Shown: in pieces, positions 1 through 11,738 of the stretch
Layout: each line of letters opens with the position of its first letter
How positions within the stretch are numbered: position 1 is the stretch's first letter
NCBI RefSeq assembly: GCF_009914755.1
Contig: NC_060925.1
Reading direction: 5' to 3' (one strand)
DNA from: the human T2T-CHM13v2.0 reference genome, Homo sapiens
Length of the DNA: 64,000 bases
Position numbers and translations under genes: made by a program
The notes under the pieces: generated by a model
Database searches by the model: none
What the model saw: only the letters and a program-made list of their open reading frames with translations
What the model was told of the DNA's origin: nothing

Positions 1-194
1 CCCCAGGTTTCACTGCTCTCAGCTTTCATCTGGATCTCCTTTAAGTCAGCTTGCTTAGCTGCACAGTCACCCTGAAATCAGGATGGAAACTTTTCTTCTT
101 TACTTTGCTGATATATTTCCATAAAGCAAGGCTGGACCCTGGTTCTCCACCCTGTCAATGCAATGGCTGATCCAATGTTTCTTTGTAGCGTCGT

Positions 195-197
<3 letters not shown>

Positions 198-234
<37 letters not shown>

Positions 235-477
235 GATGGAGTCCTGCTCTGTCACCTAGGCTGGAGTGCAGTGGCACCATCTTGACTTGGTGCAACCTCT
301 GCCTCCCAGATTCAAGTGATTCTCCTGCCTCAGCCTCCTGAGTTGCTGGGACCACAGGTGCACAACATCACATCTGGCTAATTTTTGTATTTTTAGTAGA
401 GACAGGGTTTCCCCATATTGGCCAGGGTAGTCCTGAACTCATGACCTCAAATGATTCACCTGTCTTGGCCTCCCAAA
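198..477 (-). mobile_element. Alu
   Basis: Poly-T followed by antisense Alu body. Confidence 0.92.
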
Positions 478-908
478 TCACAGATGCTTTTTAAAGCAAG
501 AGTTGTTCAAATTTATCTATCAGTCGTGTTTCATGTATAGATGCCTCTAAACATTTAATGTCCATGTTACCTGGTGATATAAGTCCGTATTGCAGCAACA
601 CTCTTAGAAAATTGTTTGACCAATTTTTGGAGATTTTTTTGGGGAAAAAATTTTGTTTAACTTTGACTCAGGCAGGGAATATGGCATTATGGTCTACACG
701 TAGAGGGAGATTTTGGCCTGTGGGTCTGGAAAGCAGGGTCATCTAATTCTCACCAAAGTTAATCTAGGGCACCCTAGAATATTCCTGTCAGAATCCTTAT
801 TCTTGCACTGAGAATAGTTATGTCCTTGTGCTATGACTGGACAGTGATTTGTTCATATGTGAAGTATGAATTGCTTAATGTGACCTGCTTCTCTGAATTT
901 ATTTACAG

Positions 909-960
909 AAAATGAAAGTGATGATGAGGAAGAGGAAGAAAAAGGGCCAGTGTCTCCCAG
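909..960 (+). CDS. NBPF CON2 small exon (52 bp): ENESDDEEEEEKGPVSPR
   Basis: ttacag|AAAATGAAAGT...TCTCCCAG|gtaatg. Confidence 0.92.
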
Positions 961-1199
961 GTAATGTTGTGGAATTGTTGGCTGTTAATTCAGTAGTGAC
1001 ATCTGGAGATTGTAGATTTAGGGAAAATGAGGAAGTGATGAATAGAACTATTTCTTCCATTCACCCAGCTACAAATTGTGCTGATTTACAATGTTGTATG
1101 TCATTTGTGGCACTTGTGTTGGTTTTAATTTCATAGTCCTCTCAAGATAGGAACTTGCCATCAGATGAGCCAGGTGAACTAGCCAAACAGGGTTTTCTT

Positions 1200-4100
1200 G
1201 TTGATCTTTTCAAAAAACCAGCCCTGGATTCATTGATTTTTTGAAGGGTTTTTTGTGTCTCTATCTCCTTTAGTTCTGCTCTGATCTTAGTTACTTCTTG
1301 TCTTCTGCTAGCTTTTGAATTTGTTTGCTTTGCTTCTCTAGTTATTTTAATTGTGATGTTAGGGTGTCAATTTTAGATCTTTTCTGCTTTCTCTTGTGGG
1401 CATTTAGTGCTATAATTTTCCCTCTACACATTGCTTTAAATGTGTCCCAGAGATTCTGGTATGTTGTGTCTTTGTTCTCATTGGTTTCAAAGAACATCTT
1501 TATTTCTGCCTTCATTTTGTTATTTTCCCAGTAGTCATTCAGGAGCAGGTTGTTGAGTTTCCATGTAGTTGTGCAGTTTTCAGTGAGTTTCTTAATCCTG
1601 AGTTCTAATTTGATTGCACTGTGGTCTGACAGTTTGTTGTGATTTCCATTCTTTTACATTTGCTGACGAGTGCTTTACCTCCAACTATGTGGTCAATTTT
1701 GGAATAAGTGTGATGTGATGCTGAGAAGAATGTATATTCTGTTGATTTGGGGTGGAGAGTTCTGTAGATGTCTTTTAGGTCTGCTTGGTGCAGAGCTGAG
1801 TTCAAGTCCTGGATATCCTTGTTAAGCTTCTGTCTCATTGATCTGTCTAATATTGACAGTGGGGTGTTAAAGTCTCCCATGATGATTGTGTGGAGTCTAA
1901 ATCTCTTTGTAGGTCTCTCAGGACTTGCTTTATGAATCTGGGTGCTCCTGTATAGGGTGCATATATATTTAGGATAGTTAACTCTTCTTGTTGAATTGAT
2001 CCCTTTACCATTATGTAGTGGCCTTCTTTGTCTCTTTTGATCTTTGTTGGTTTAAAGTCTGTTTTATCAGAGACTAGGATTGCAACCCCTGCGTTTTTTT
2101 GCTTTCCATTTGCTTGGTAGATCTTCCTCCATCCCTTTATTTTGAGCCTATGTGTGTCTCTGCATGTGAGATGGGTTTTCTGAGTACAGCACACTGATGG
2201 GTCTTGACTCTTTATCCAATTTGCCATTCTGTGTTTTTTAACTGGGGCATTTAGCCCCTTTACATTTAAGGTTAATATGGTTATGTGTGAATTTGATCCT
2301 GTCGTTATGATGTTTGCTGGTTATTTCACCCGTTAGTTGATGCAGTTTCTTCCTAGCGTCAATGGTCTTTAGAGTTTGGCATGTTTTTGCAGTGGCTGGT
2401 ACCGGTTGTTCCTTTCCATGTTTAGTGCTTCCTTTAGGAGCTCTTTTTGGGCAGGCCTGGTGGTGACAAAATCTCTCAGCATTTGCTTCTCTGTAAAGGA
2501 TTTATTTCTCCTTCACTTATGAAGCTTTGTTTGGCTGGATATGAAATTCTTGGTTGAAAATTCTTTTCTTTAAGAATGTTGAAGGTGCTGGAGAGGATGT
2601 GGAGAAATAGGAACACTTTTACACTGTTGGTGGGACTGTAAACTAGTTCAACGATTGTGGAAGGCAGTGTGGCAATTCCTCAGGGATCTAGAACTAGAAA
2701 TACCATTTGACCCAGCCATCCCATTACTGGGTGTATACCCAAAGGATTATAAATCATGCTGCTGTAAAGACACATGCACACATATGTTTATTGCGGCTCT
2801 ATTCACAATAGCAAAGACTTGGAACCAAGCCAAATATCCAGCAATGATAGACTGGATTAAGAAAATGTGGCACATATACACCATGGAATACTATGCAGCT
2901 ATAAAAAATGATGAGTTCATGTCCTTTGTAGGGGCATGGATGAAGCTGGAAACCATCATTCTCAGCAAACTATTGCAAGGACAAAAAACCAAATACCGCA
3001 TGTTCTTACTCACAGGTGGGAATTGAACAATGAGAACACATGGACACAGGAAGGGGAACATCACACACTGGGGCCTGTTGTAGGGTGGGGGGAGGGAGGA
3101 GGGGTAGCATTAGGAGATATACCTAATGTTAAATGATGAGTTAATGGGTGAAGCACACCAATGTGGACATGTATACATATGTAACTAAGCTGCACGTTGT
3201 GCACGTGTACCCTAAGACTTAAAGTATTAAAATATATATATATACATACACACAAAAAATAATAAAGGAAAACTATACATATGGAAAAAAAAGAATGTTG
3301 AATATTGCTCCCACTCTCTTCTGGCTTGTAGGGTTTGTGCCAAGAGATCTGCTGCTAGTCTGATGGGCTTCCCTTTGTGGGTAATCCGACCTTTCTCTCT
3401 GGCTGCCCTTAGCATTTTTTCCTTCATTTCAACCTTGGTGAATCTGACAATTATGTGTCCTGGGGTTGCTCTTCTCGAGGAGTATCTTTATGGTGTTCTC
3501 TGTGTTTCCTGAATTTGAATGTTGGCCTTCCTTGCTAGGTTGGGGAAGTCCTCCTGGATAATATCCTGAAGAATGTTTCCCAGCTTGGTTCCATTCTCCC
3601 CGTCACTTTCAGTACACCAATCAAACGTAGATTTGGTCTTTTCACATAGTCCCATATTTATTGGAGGCTTGTTCATTTCTTTTTACTCTTTTTTCTCTAA
3701 ATTTCTCTTCTCGCTTCATTTCACTAATTTGATCTTGAATCACTGATACCGTTTCTTGCACTTGATCGAATTGGCTACTGAAGCTTGTGCATGCATCACG
3801 TAGTTTTCGTGCCATGGTTTTCAGCTCCATCAGGTCATTTAAGGTCTTCTCTACACTGTTCATTCTGGTTAGCCATTCGTCTAATCTTTTTTTAAGGTTT
3901 TTAGCTTCCTTGCGATGAGTTCGCACATCCTCCTTTAGCTCAGAGAAGTTTGTTATTACCGACTTTCTGAAGCCTACTTCTGTCAGCTCGTCAAAGTCAT
4001 TCTCTATCCTGCTTTGTTCCATTGCTGGCGAGGAGCTGCGATCCTTTGGAGGAGAAGGGATGTCAGGTTTTTGGAATTTTCAGCTTTTGTGCTCTGGTTT

Positions 4101-4288
4101 CTCCCCACCTTTGTGGTTTTATCTACCCTTGGTCTTTGATGATGGTGACCTACAGATGGGGTTTTGGGGTGGATGTCTTTTTTGTTGATGTTGATGCTAT
4201 CCCTTTCTGTGTGTTAGTTTTCCTTCTAACAGTCAGGTCCCTCAGCTTCAGGTCTGTTGGAGTTTGCTGGAAGTCCACTCCAGACCCT
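1200..4288 (-). mobile_element. L1PA element (partial 5'UTR, ORF1, ORF2 endonuclease region), truncated at both ends and interrupted by a nested L1
   Basis: ORF1p-like peptides at 3642..4022 and 3227..3427; ORF2 EN peptides at 1847..2227 and 1605..1880. Confidence 0.93.
2584..3290 (+). mobile_element. Nested 5'-truncated L1PA 3' end with 12-bp TSD and a short putative 3' transduction
   Basis: ORF2 C-terminus (2655..3026) and L1 3'UTR; TSD AAGAATGTTGAA at 2572-2583 and 3291-3302. Confidence 0.92.
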
Positions 4289-4855
4289 CAAACAGAGATT
4301 TCTTGGTGTCGCCTATTCTCTCCCATGTGTTTAAATCCAGGGAGAGATGTATATATGCTTTCTTCCCATTTGTTGGTAGTATGTTGGCTAGTATTTTTGC
4401 AAGAAAAGAAATTGAAAAAGTAAATATATTATATCAAAATATTGGGAAAATGGGGCCCTTAATACACAAGATCTGTGTCTGCACTGCGTCAAGAACTCTC
4501 TTCACTTGAATGCTGCGTGTAAAATTCAACCCAATTTATGCAAAGTAGTTGAAGCCCTGTGTCAGTTCTCTGTGCTGCAAGTCATGATGGTAGTTTACAG
4601 GGAGAGTCTGGGTGCCCTGAGTTGGCTCATCTGTGGCAAATGTACTGAGCACATGCTGCCCATTTTTGCTCTGTCCCCAGAGCAGTCACCCTCCACCCTG
4701 TATTTAGAAGGATAGTTTTATTTCTCTTGAAGGAAAAATGCCTTTGGTTTCTGTGACCACTCCATTCTGTCTCCCATCAGATCATCTGGGAGGTTTTGTT
4801 GTCTAATGTCTGTTGGTTAAATCTTCTATCATCCCTGTCCTGCCTGGCTCATCAG

Positions 4856-5019
4856 GAATCTGCAGGAGTCTGAAGAGGAGGAAGTCCCCCAGGAGTCCTG
4901 GGATGAAGGTTATTCGACTCTCTCAATTCCTCCTGAAAGGTTGGCCTCGTACCAGTCTTACAGCAGCACATTTCACTCATTAGAGGAACAGCAAGTCTGC
5001 ATGGCTGTTGACATAGGCA
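4856..5019 (+). CDS. NBPF CON2 large exon (164 bp): [54 protein letters not shown]
   Basis: atcag|GAATCTG...ATAGGCA|gtgagt; in frame with flanking exons. Confidence 0.93.
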
Positions 5020-6061
5020 GTGAGTACTCCATTGTGAAGGTGATAAAGCTCCAGTTCATGGCCCAGGTAGACCCCATAATCTTTGGGCCTTGTGCCCCTG
5101 GTTGGGCTGAGAGTTGCCATCACTGTGGGCTGAACCTATATATCAATGTAGATTTCAATCACTCTGGAGTCGAGTCTGAAGCACAGGCATGGGGTGGGTC
5201 AGTGAGCTTTGCTCTCTTCCTAGTCTCAGGCCATGCCCATGCCAACCTGGACTGACTGTCACGACATTGAACTCAAGGCAGGTGTGGCAAACTCACACCA
5301 AACTGTGCAGCACATGCCCAGGAGTTGTCTGTCAGATCAGCTCATCTGAATTAAATGTCTCTTGCCAGCTACAAAATTCCTTATGAGTTTTGTTCCCAAA
5401 GCATGTCTGTGTGGTTCTTTACCTGCCCAAGGCCAGTGTCACCCTTGTCTACCTCTCAGTGAAAGATGTGACCCAGGTTTCACTGAATTTATCCCCATTT
5501 TCTGTGTCTTCTAAGTTCGCTTGTTTTAGCTCATCTGTCCGTCATGTTCCTGGTATGTTTTCTAGATAAATGGCTTACTTTTCACCCACAAAAGCCATAA
5601 TAGCTGATGCTTCTGTGTAGAACCAAGTTTCATTTTGACTCAAGAGCTGGTACATTGCACCCCTTCATCAAATCTCTGTGTCCACAATCTCATAAACTAT
5701 CAAATTCTGGGTATTTGATGAGAGAAAGCTTAATATTGAAGTATCTCTCCTATGAGGTGTTAGAACTATTTGCCTACAATTTATTGGGGAAAAAATTGCT
5801 CATTTGTGTACATAAACCTAGGACAGAGCACATAGGGAAAATAACATTCCAACACAGGGGAATTTTGCCCAAGGCTCATGAAAGAACCCAAGCCAGTTTT
5901 CTCAAGACTTGACCTCAGGCCTACTGGAATATTTCTCTCAAAGTCTCCTGTTTTCACACTGACAAGACTGATGTCCCTGTGTTAGGATTGGACAGAGGAA
6001 TGTTTCTGTGTGCAAGGAAGAACTGCCTAATGTAAGAGGCCCCATCTGAATTTATTTGCAG

Positions 6062-6113
6062 GACATCGGTGGGATCAAGTGAAAAAGGAGGACCAAGAGG
6101 CAACAGGTCCCAG
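6062..6113 (+). CDS. NBPF HLS1 small exon (52 bp): RHRWDQVKKEDQEATGPR
   Basis: ttgcag|GACATCGG...CCCAG|gtgagt. Confidence 0.92.
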
Positions 6114-6503
6114 GTGAGTCTGAGAAATTGTGGACAGTTAATTTGATGTTGACACCTGGAGATGCCAAGTCCAGGGAAAACAGTACACGCTGAAAATCAT
6201 GATTTTGTCTTGTCAGACAAGTCTGAATTATGCCTACTGCATTGTTTTTTGGTTCTCATTAGAGTAAATGTTTAGGTTTCCATTTCTTCCTACCCTTATC
6301 ATTTACTAACCTAGTGAAGGTTGACCATACCTCAAAAGCTGTATTCTCATGGTGACTGCAGGGAAACTTGAGCACATTTTATGCAAAATTATTGAGGCCA
6401 TGCTTTTCATGATCACTGTTCACTGTGTGTCCTGAGAGCACAAATACAGAGTGTCCTTTGACTCCCTCATCAGTGTGTCACCTGGCCAATTGACTGAGCT
6501 CAC

Positions 6504-6505
<2 letters not shown>

Positions 6506-6558
<53 letters not shown>
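6506..6558. repeat. (TG)n microsatellite in HLS1 intron
   Basis: About 26 TG units read directly. Confidence 0.95.
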
Positions 6559-6559
<1 letters not shown>

Positions 6560-6746
6560 TTTCTCTTTCATCCTTTTCTACCTGGCCCTAGTCTATCCCA
6601 ACATAAAGGCAATAATTTGTTACCTCATTAATGGATCTGTCCTTTTTCTTTTCAAACTCTTCCTCATGTTAGCCATGAAATCTAGCTGGGGCTGTGTGGT
6701 TTCTGATTCCCCCTGGCTTATTCTTTACTTTTTCCCACTTTTCCAG

Positions 6747-6919
6747 GCTCAGCAGGGAGCTGCTGGATGAGAAAGAGCCTGAAGTCTTGCAGGACTCACT
6801 GGATAGATGTTATTCAACTCCTTCAGTTTATCTTGGACTGACTGACTCATGCCAGCCCTACAGAAGTGCCTTTTACGTATTGGAGCAACAGCGTATTGGC
6901 TTGGCTGTTGACATGGATG
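6747..6919 (+). CDS. NBPF HLS1 large exon (173 bp): [57 protein letters not shown]
   Basis: ttccag|GCTCAGC...ATGGATG|gtgagt; ORF track 6694..6957. Confidence 0.93.
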
Positions 6920-7638
6920 GTGAGTACCTTTCTATGAAGGTGATAAGGATCCACTGAGTCTTCTGTTTAGGGTCATATTCCTACTGCAAGTGGCCCTTAC
7001 TGAGCTGAGAGATGTCATTGCCACAGGGAGGACCTATAGGCACATGTAGGTTGAGTGAAACTCTAGTTCCACTTGGAAGCCCAGACAAGGGATGGGTCAG
7101 TGAGCAAGGCTCTCTTCCTAGTCTCAGGCCATGCCTGTGGCACCTTAATCCTACTCTCAAGATGTTGGATCTGGGCAGATGTGACAAATTCACACAACTC
7201 TGATTTTGTCTCAATTCTGTAGATCTTGTAGATTTCATCCTTCACTCTACTTTCAGCATCTAAAATCCTCACTACCATGAACAATCTGAGTATTTGATGA
7301 GACAGGGCTGAATAGTGCAGTTTTTCTCCTAGCAACCATTTGGGGGCATTTGCTTTAAATCGATTGGAAAAATATGGCATAACCATTTGCACAAACTTGG
7401 GACAAATGATATTGGGATAACGATCTACCAGAATAGGGAAGTTTACCCAGAGTTTCTGGGACAAAAACCAAGGAATCTCTATCATGATCAGCCTTCAGGC
7501 CTCCTGAAGAATATCTCTCACAGTGTCCTATTCTCATGCTGAGGAGCCTGAAGTCCCTGTGTGAGGATTAGACAGTGGATTGTTATGTGTGTAGGAGAAC
7601 CAGCTTCATATGTCTGTCCATGTCTGAACTTATTGCAG

Positions 7639-7690
7639 AAATTGAAAAGTACCAAGAAGTGGAAGAAGACCAAGACCCATCATGCCCCAG
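7639..7690 (+). CDS. NBPF HLS2 small exon (52 bp): EIEKYQEVEEDQDPSCPR
   Basis: ttgcag|AAATTG...CCCCAG|gtaact. Confidence 0.92.
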
Positions 7691-8286
7691 GTAACTTTGA
7701 GCAATTATGGATGCTTAATTCTGTGTTGACACCTGGAGATGCCAGGTCCAGGGAAAACAAGAGTGTGTTCAATTTCATGTTTTCCACGAAGGTTGAATTA
7801 CTCCCACTGACATTGCTGTTGGTTTTCATTGCAGTAGATGTTTAGGTTTCCATTTCTTCCTCCCCTTGTCATTTACTAACTTACTATAGGTTGACCATAC
7901 CTCAAAGGCCGTATGGCAACTGCATGGAATCTTGAGCAAGTTTATGGAAAATTATTGAGCCCACTCTTTTCATGATCACTGTTCGCTGTGTGTCCCGAGG
8001 GCACTAACTCAGAGTGTCCTTTGACCCCTTCATCAGTGTGTCACCCGGCCAATTCGCTGAGCTCACTTTCTCCTCTCTCTCTCTCTCCCTCTCCCTGTCT
8101 TTCTCTTTCATTCTTTTCTACCTGGCCCTGGTCTATCCCAACATAAAGGCAATAATTCATTACCTCATTAATGGATCTGTCCTTTTTCTTTTTAAACAGT
8201 TCCTTATGTTAGCCATGAAATCTAGCTGGGGCTGTGTGGTTTCTGATTCCCCCTGGCTTATTCTTTACTTTTTCCTACTTTTCCAG

Positions 8287-8459
8287 GCTCAGCAGGGAGC
8301 TGCTGGCTGAGAAAGAGCCTGAAGTCTTGCAGGACTCACTGGATAGATGTTATTCGACTGCTTCAGGTTATCTTGAACTGCCTGACTTAGGCCAGCCCTA
8401 CAGAAGTGCTGTTTACTCATTGGAGGAACAGTACCTTGGCTTGGCTCTTGACGTGGACA
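8287..8459 (+). CDS. NBPF HLS2 large exon (173 bp): [57 protein letters not shown]
   Basis: ttccag|GCTCAGC...GTGGACA|gtgagt; ORF track 8234..8590. Confidence 0.93.
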
Positions 8460-9168
8460 GTGAGTACCTTACTATGAAGGTGATAAGCCTCCACCTGGCC
8501 TTCCAGATAGGGGTGATATTCCTGTTCCAAGTGGCCCTTACTGACCCGAGAGACTTCATTGCCACAGGCAGGACCTATGGGTGCATATAGGTTGTAATGA
8601 AACTGTAGTCTCAGCTGGAAGCCTAGACATGAAATGGGTCAGTGAGCAAGGCTCTATTCCTAGTCTCCAGCCATGCCTATGGCAACCTGAGCCCACTCTC
8701 AGCACATTGGACCCAGGCAGATGTAAAAAATTCACAGAACTATGATTTGGACTCAAGGGTTTGTAGATTTCCTCCTTCATTGTAATTTCAGTGTCTAAAA
8801 TTCTTGCATCCGTGAACGAGCTGGGCATTTGATGAGACAGGGCTGAATACTTTAGTTTTCCTCCTAGAAATCCTCTGGGGCATTTTCTTTGAACTGATGG
8901 GAACAATAAGGCATAACTGTTTGCACAAACTTGGGATAAATGATTTTGGGATAACGATCTACCAGAATAGGGATATTTCACCCTTGGTTCTGAGATGCAA
9001 ACCAAAGAATATCATGACCAGCTTTCAGGCCTCCTGAAGTATATCCCTCACATTGTCCTGTTCTCATGCTGAGGAGCCTGAGATCCCTGTGTGGGGATTA
9101 GACAGTGGACTGTTATGGGTGTAGGTGAATTGGCTTATTTTGTCTGTCCCTGTCTGAATGTATTGCAG

Positions 9169-9220
9169 GAATTAAAAAGGACCAAGAAGAGGAAGAAGAC
9201 CAAGGCCCACCGTGCCCCAG
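9169..9220 (+). CDS. NBPF HLS3 small exon (52 bp): RIKKDQEEEEDQGPPCPR
   Basis: ttgcag|GAATTAAA...CCCCAG|gtaact. Confidence 0.92.
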
Positions 9221-9646
9221 GTAACTGAGCAATTGTGAACAGCTACTTCTGTGTTGACATCTGGAGACTCCTGGTTCAGGGAAAACAGAGCGGGCTGACA
9301 TTATCGATTACATCTTTTCAACCAAGCCTGAATTATTCCTACTAACATTGCTGTTGGTTTTCATTGCAGTAGATATTTAGGTTTCCATTTCTTCCTCCCC
9401 TTATCATTTACTAACCTACTGCAGGTGGACCAGACTTCAAAAACTGTATTCTCATGGTGACTGCATGGAAACTTGAGCACATTTTATGGAAAATTATTGA
9501 GCACAGTCTTTTCATGATCACTGTATGCTGTGTGTCCTGAGGGCACTAACTCAGAGTGTCCTGTTACTCCCTCATCAGTGTGTCACCTGGACAATTCACT
9601 GAGCTCGTTTTCTCTCTCTCTCTCTCTCAGTGTGTGTGTGTGTCTT

Positions 9647-9685
<39 letters not shown>

Positions 9686-9878
9686 CTGTCTTTCTCTTTC
9701 ATTCTTTTCCATTTGGCCCTGTTCTGTCCCAACATGAAGGCAATAATTTGTTACCTCATTAATAGATCTATCCTTTTACTTTTTTAACCACTTCCTTATG
9801 CTACCCATGAAACCTAGTTGGGGCTCTGTTGTGTGTGATTTCCCCTGGCTTATTCTTTACTTTTTCCTCCTTTTCCAG

Positions 9879-10047
9879 GCTCAGCAGGGAGCTGCTGGAG
9901 GTAGTAGAGCCTGAAGTCTTGCAGGACTCACTGGATGTTATTCAACTCCTTCCAGTTGTCTTGAACAGCCTGACTCCTGCCAGCCCTACGGAAGTTCCTT
10001 TTATGCATTGGAGGAAAAACATGTTGGCTTTTCTCTTGACGTGGGAG
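9879..10047 (+). CDS. NBPF HLS3 large exon, 169 bp with a 4-bp frameshifting deletion
   Basis: CTGGATGTTATT here versus CTGGATAGATGTTATT in HLS1/HLS2; 169 bp versus 173 bp. Confidence 0.9.
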
Positions 10048-10761
10048 GTGAGTACCTTTCTATGAAGGTGATAAGGATCCACTGAGTCTTCCATATAAAG
10101 ATCATATTCCTGCTCCAAGTGGCCATTACTGAGCTGAGAGATGTCATTGCCGCAGTGAGGACCTATAGGCACATGTAGGTTGAATGAAACTCTAGTTCTA
10201 CCTGGAAGCCCAGACATGGGATGGGTCAGTGAGCATGGCTCTCTTCCTAGTCTCAGGCCATGCCTGTGGCACTCTGATTCTACTCTCATGACATTGGACC
10301 TGGGCAGATGTGACAAATTCAGAGAACTATGATTTTGACTCGAGGGTTTGTAGATTTCCTTTTTCACTCTAATTTCAGTGTCTGGAGTCCTCACAACCAT
10401 GAACAATCTGAGTATTTGATGAGACAGGGCTAAATATTGCAGTTTTTCTCCTAGAAATCATTTGAGGGTATTTGCTTTAAATTGATTGGAAAAATAAGGC
10501 ATAACTGTTTGCACAAACTTGGGACAAATGATATTGGGATAATGATCTACTAGAATAGGGACATTTTACCCAGAGTTTCTGGGAGAAAAACCGAGGAATT
10601 TCTATCACGACCAGCCTTCAGGCCTCCTGAAATATATCTCTCACAGTGTCCTATTCTTATGCTGAGGAGCCTGAGGTCCCTGTGTGAGGATTAGACAGTG
10701 GATTGTTATGTGTGTAGGGGAATCAGCTTAATGTGTCTGTCCATGTCTGAATTTATTGCAG

Positions 10762-10870
10762 AAATTGAAAAGAAGGGGAAGGGGAAGAAAAGAAGGGGAA
10801 GAAGATCAAAGAAGAAAAGAAGAAGGGGAAGAAAAGAAGGGGAAGAAGATCAAAACCCACCATGCCCCAG
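10762..10870 (+). CDS. NBPF CON3 small exon (109 bp, purine-rich)
   Basis: ttgcag|AAATTG...CCCCAG|gtaact. Ancestral frame [37 protein letters not shown]; shifted frame [16 protein letters not shown]...KTHHAPG. Confidence 0.9.
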
Positions 10871-11273
10871 GTAACTTTCAGCAATTGTGGATGCTTAATT
10901 CTGTGTTAACACCTGGAGGCAACAGATTCAGGGAAACCAGAGTGTGTTTGATGTCATGTTTTCAACGAAGGCTGAATTACTCCTACTGTCATTGTTGTTG
11001 GTTTTCATTGCAGTAGATGTTTAGGTTTCCATTTCTTCCTCCCCTTATCATTTACTAACGTACCATAGGTGGACCATACTTCAAAAGCTGTACTCTCATG
11101 GCCACTGCATCGAATTTTGAGCATATTTTATGGAAAACTATTGAGCTCACTCTTTTCATGATCACAGTTTGCTGTGTGTCATGAGGGCACTAAGTCAGAG
11201 TGTCCTTTGACTCCCTTACCAGTATGTCACCTGGCCAATTCACTAGCTCACTTTCTCTCTGTCTCTGTCTCTG

Positions 11274-11304
<31 letters not shown>

Positions 11305-11494
11305 GTCTTTCTCTTTCATTGTTTTCTACCTGGCCCTGTTCTATCCCAACATAAAGGCAATAATTTGTTACCTCATTAATGGATCTGTCCTTTTTCTTTT
11401 CCAACCACTTCCTTATGTTACTTCTGAAATCTAGTGGGGCTCTGTGGTGTCTGATTTTCCCTGGCTGCTTCTTTAGTTTTGTCTCCTTTTCCAG

Positions 11495-11738
11495 GCTCAG
11501 CAGCGTGCTGATGGAAGTGGAAGTGCCTGAAGTCTTACAGGACTCACTGGATAGATATTATTCGACTCCATCAATGTACTTTGAACTACCTGACTCATTC
11601 CAGCACTACAGAAGTGTGTTTTACTCATTTGAGGAACAGCACATCAGCTTTGCCCTTGACATGGACAATAGGTTTTTTACTTTGACGGTGAGAAGTCTCC
11701 ACCTGGTCTTCCAGATGGGAGTCATATTCCCACAATAA
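11495..11738 (+). CDS. NBPF terminal exon, CON3 large part (ancestral stop TAA 11736-11738; shifted-frame stop TGA 11509-11511)
   Basis: ttccag|GCTCAGCAGCGTGCTGA; ORF track 11379..11738 ends FQMGVIFPQ*. Confidence 0.9.
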
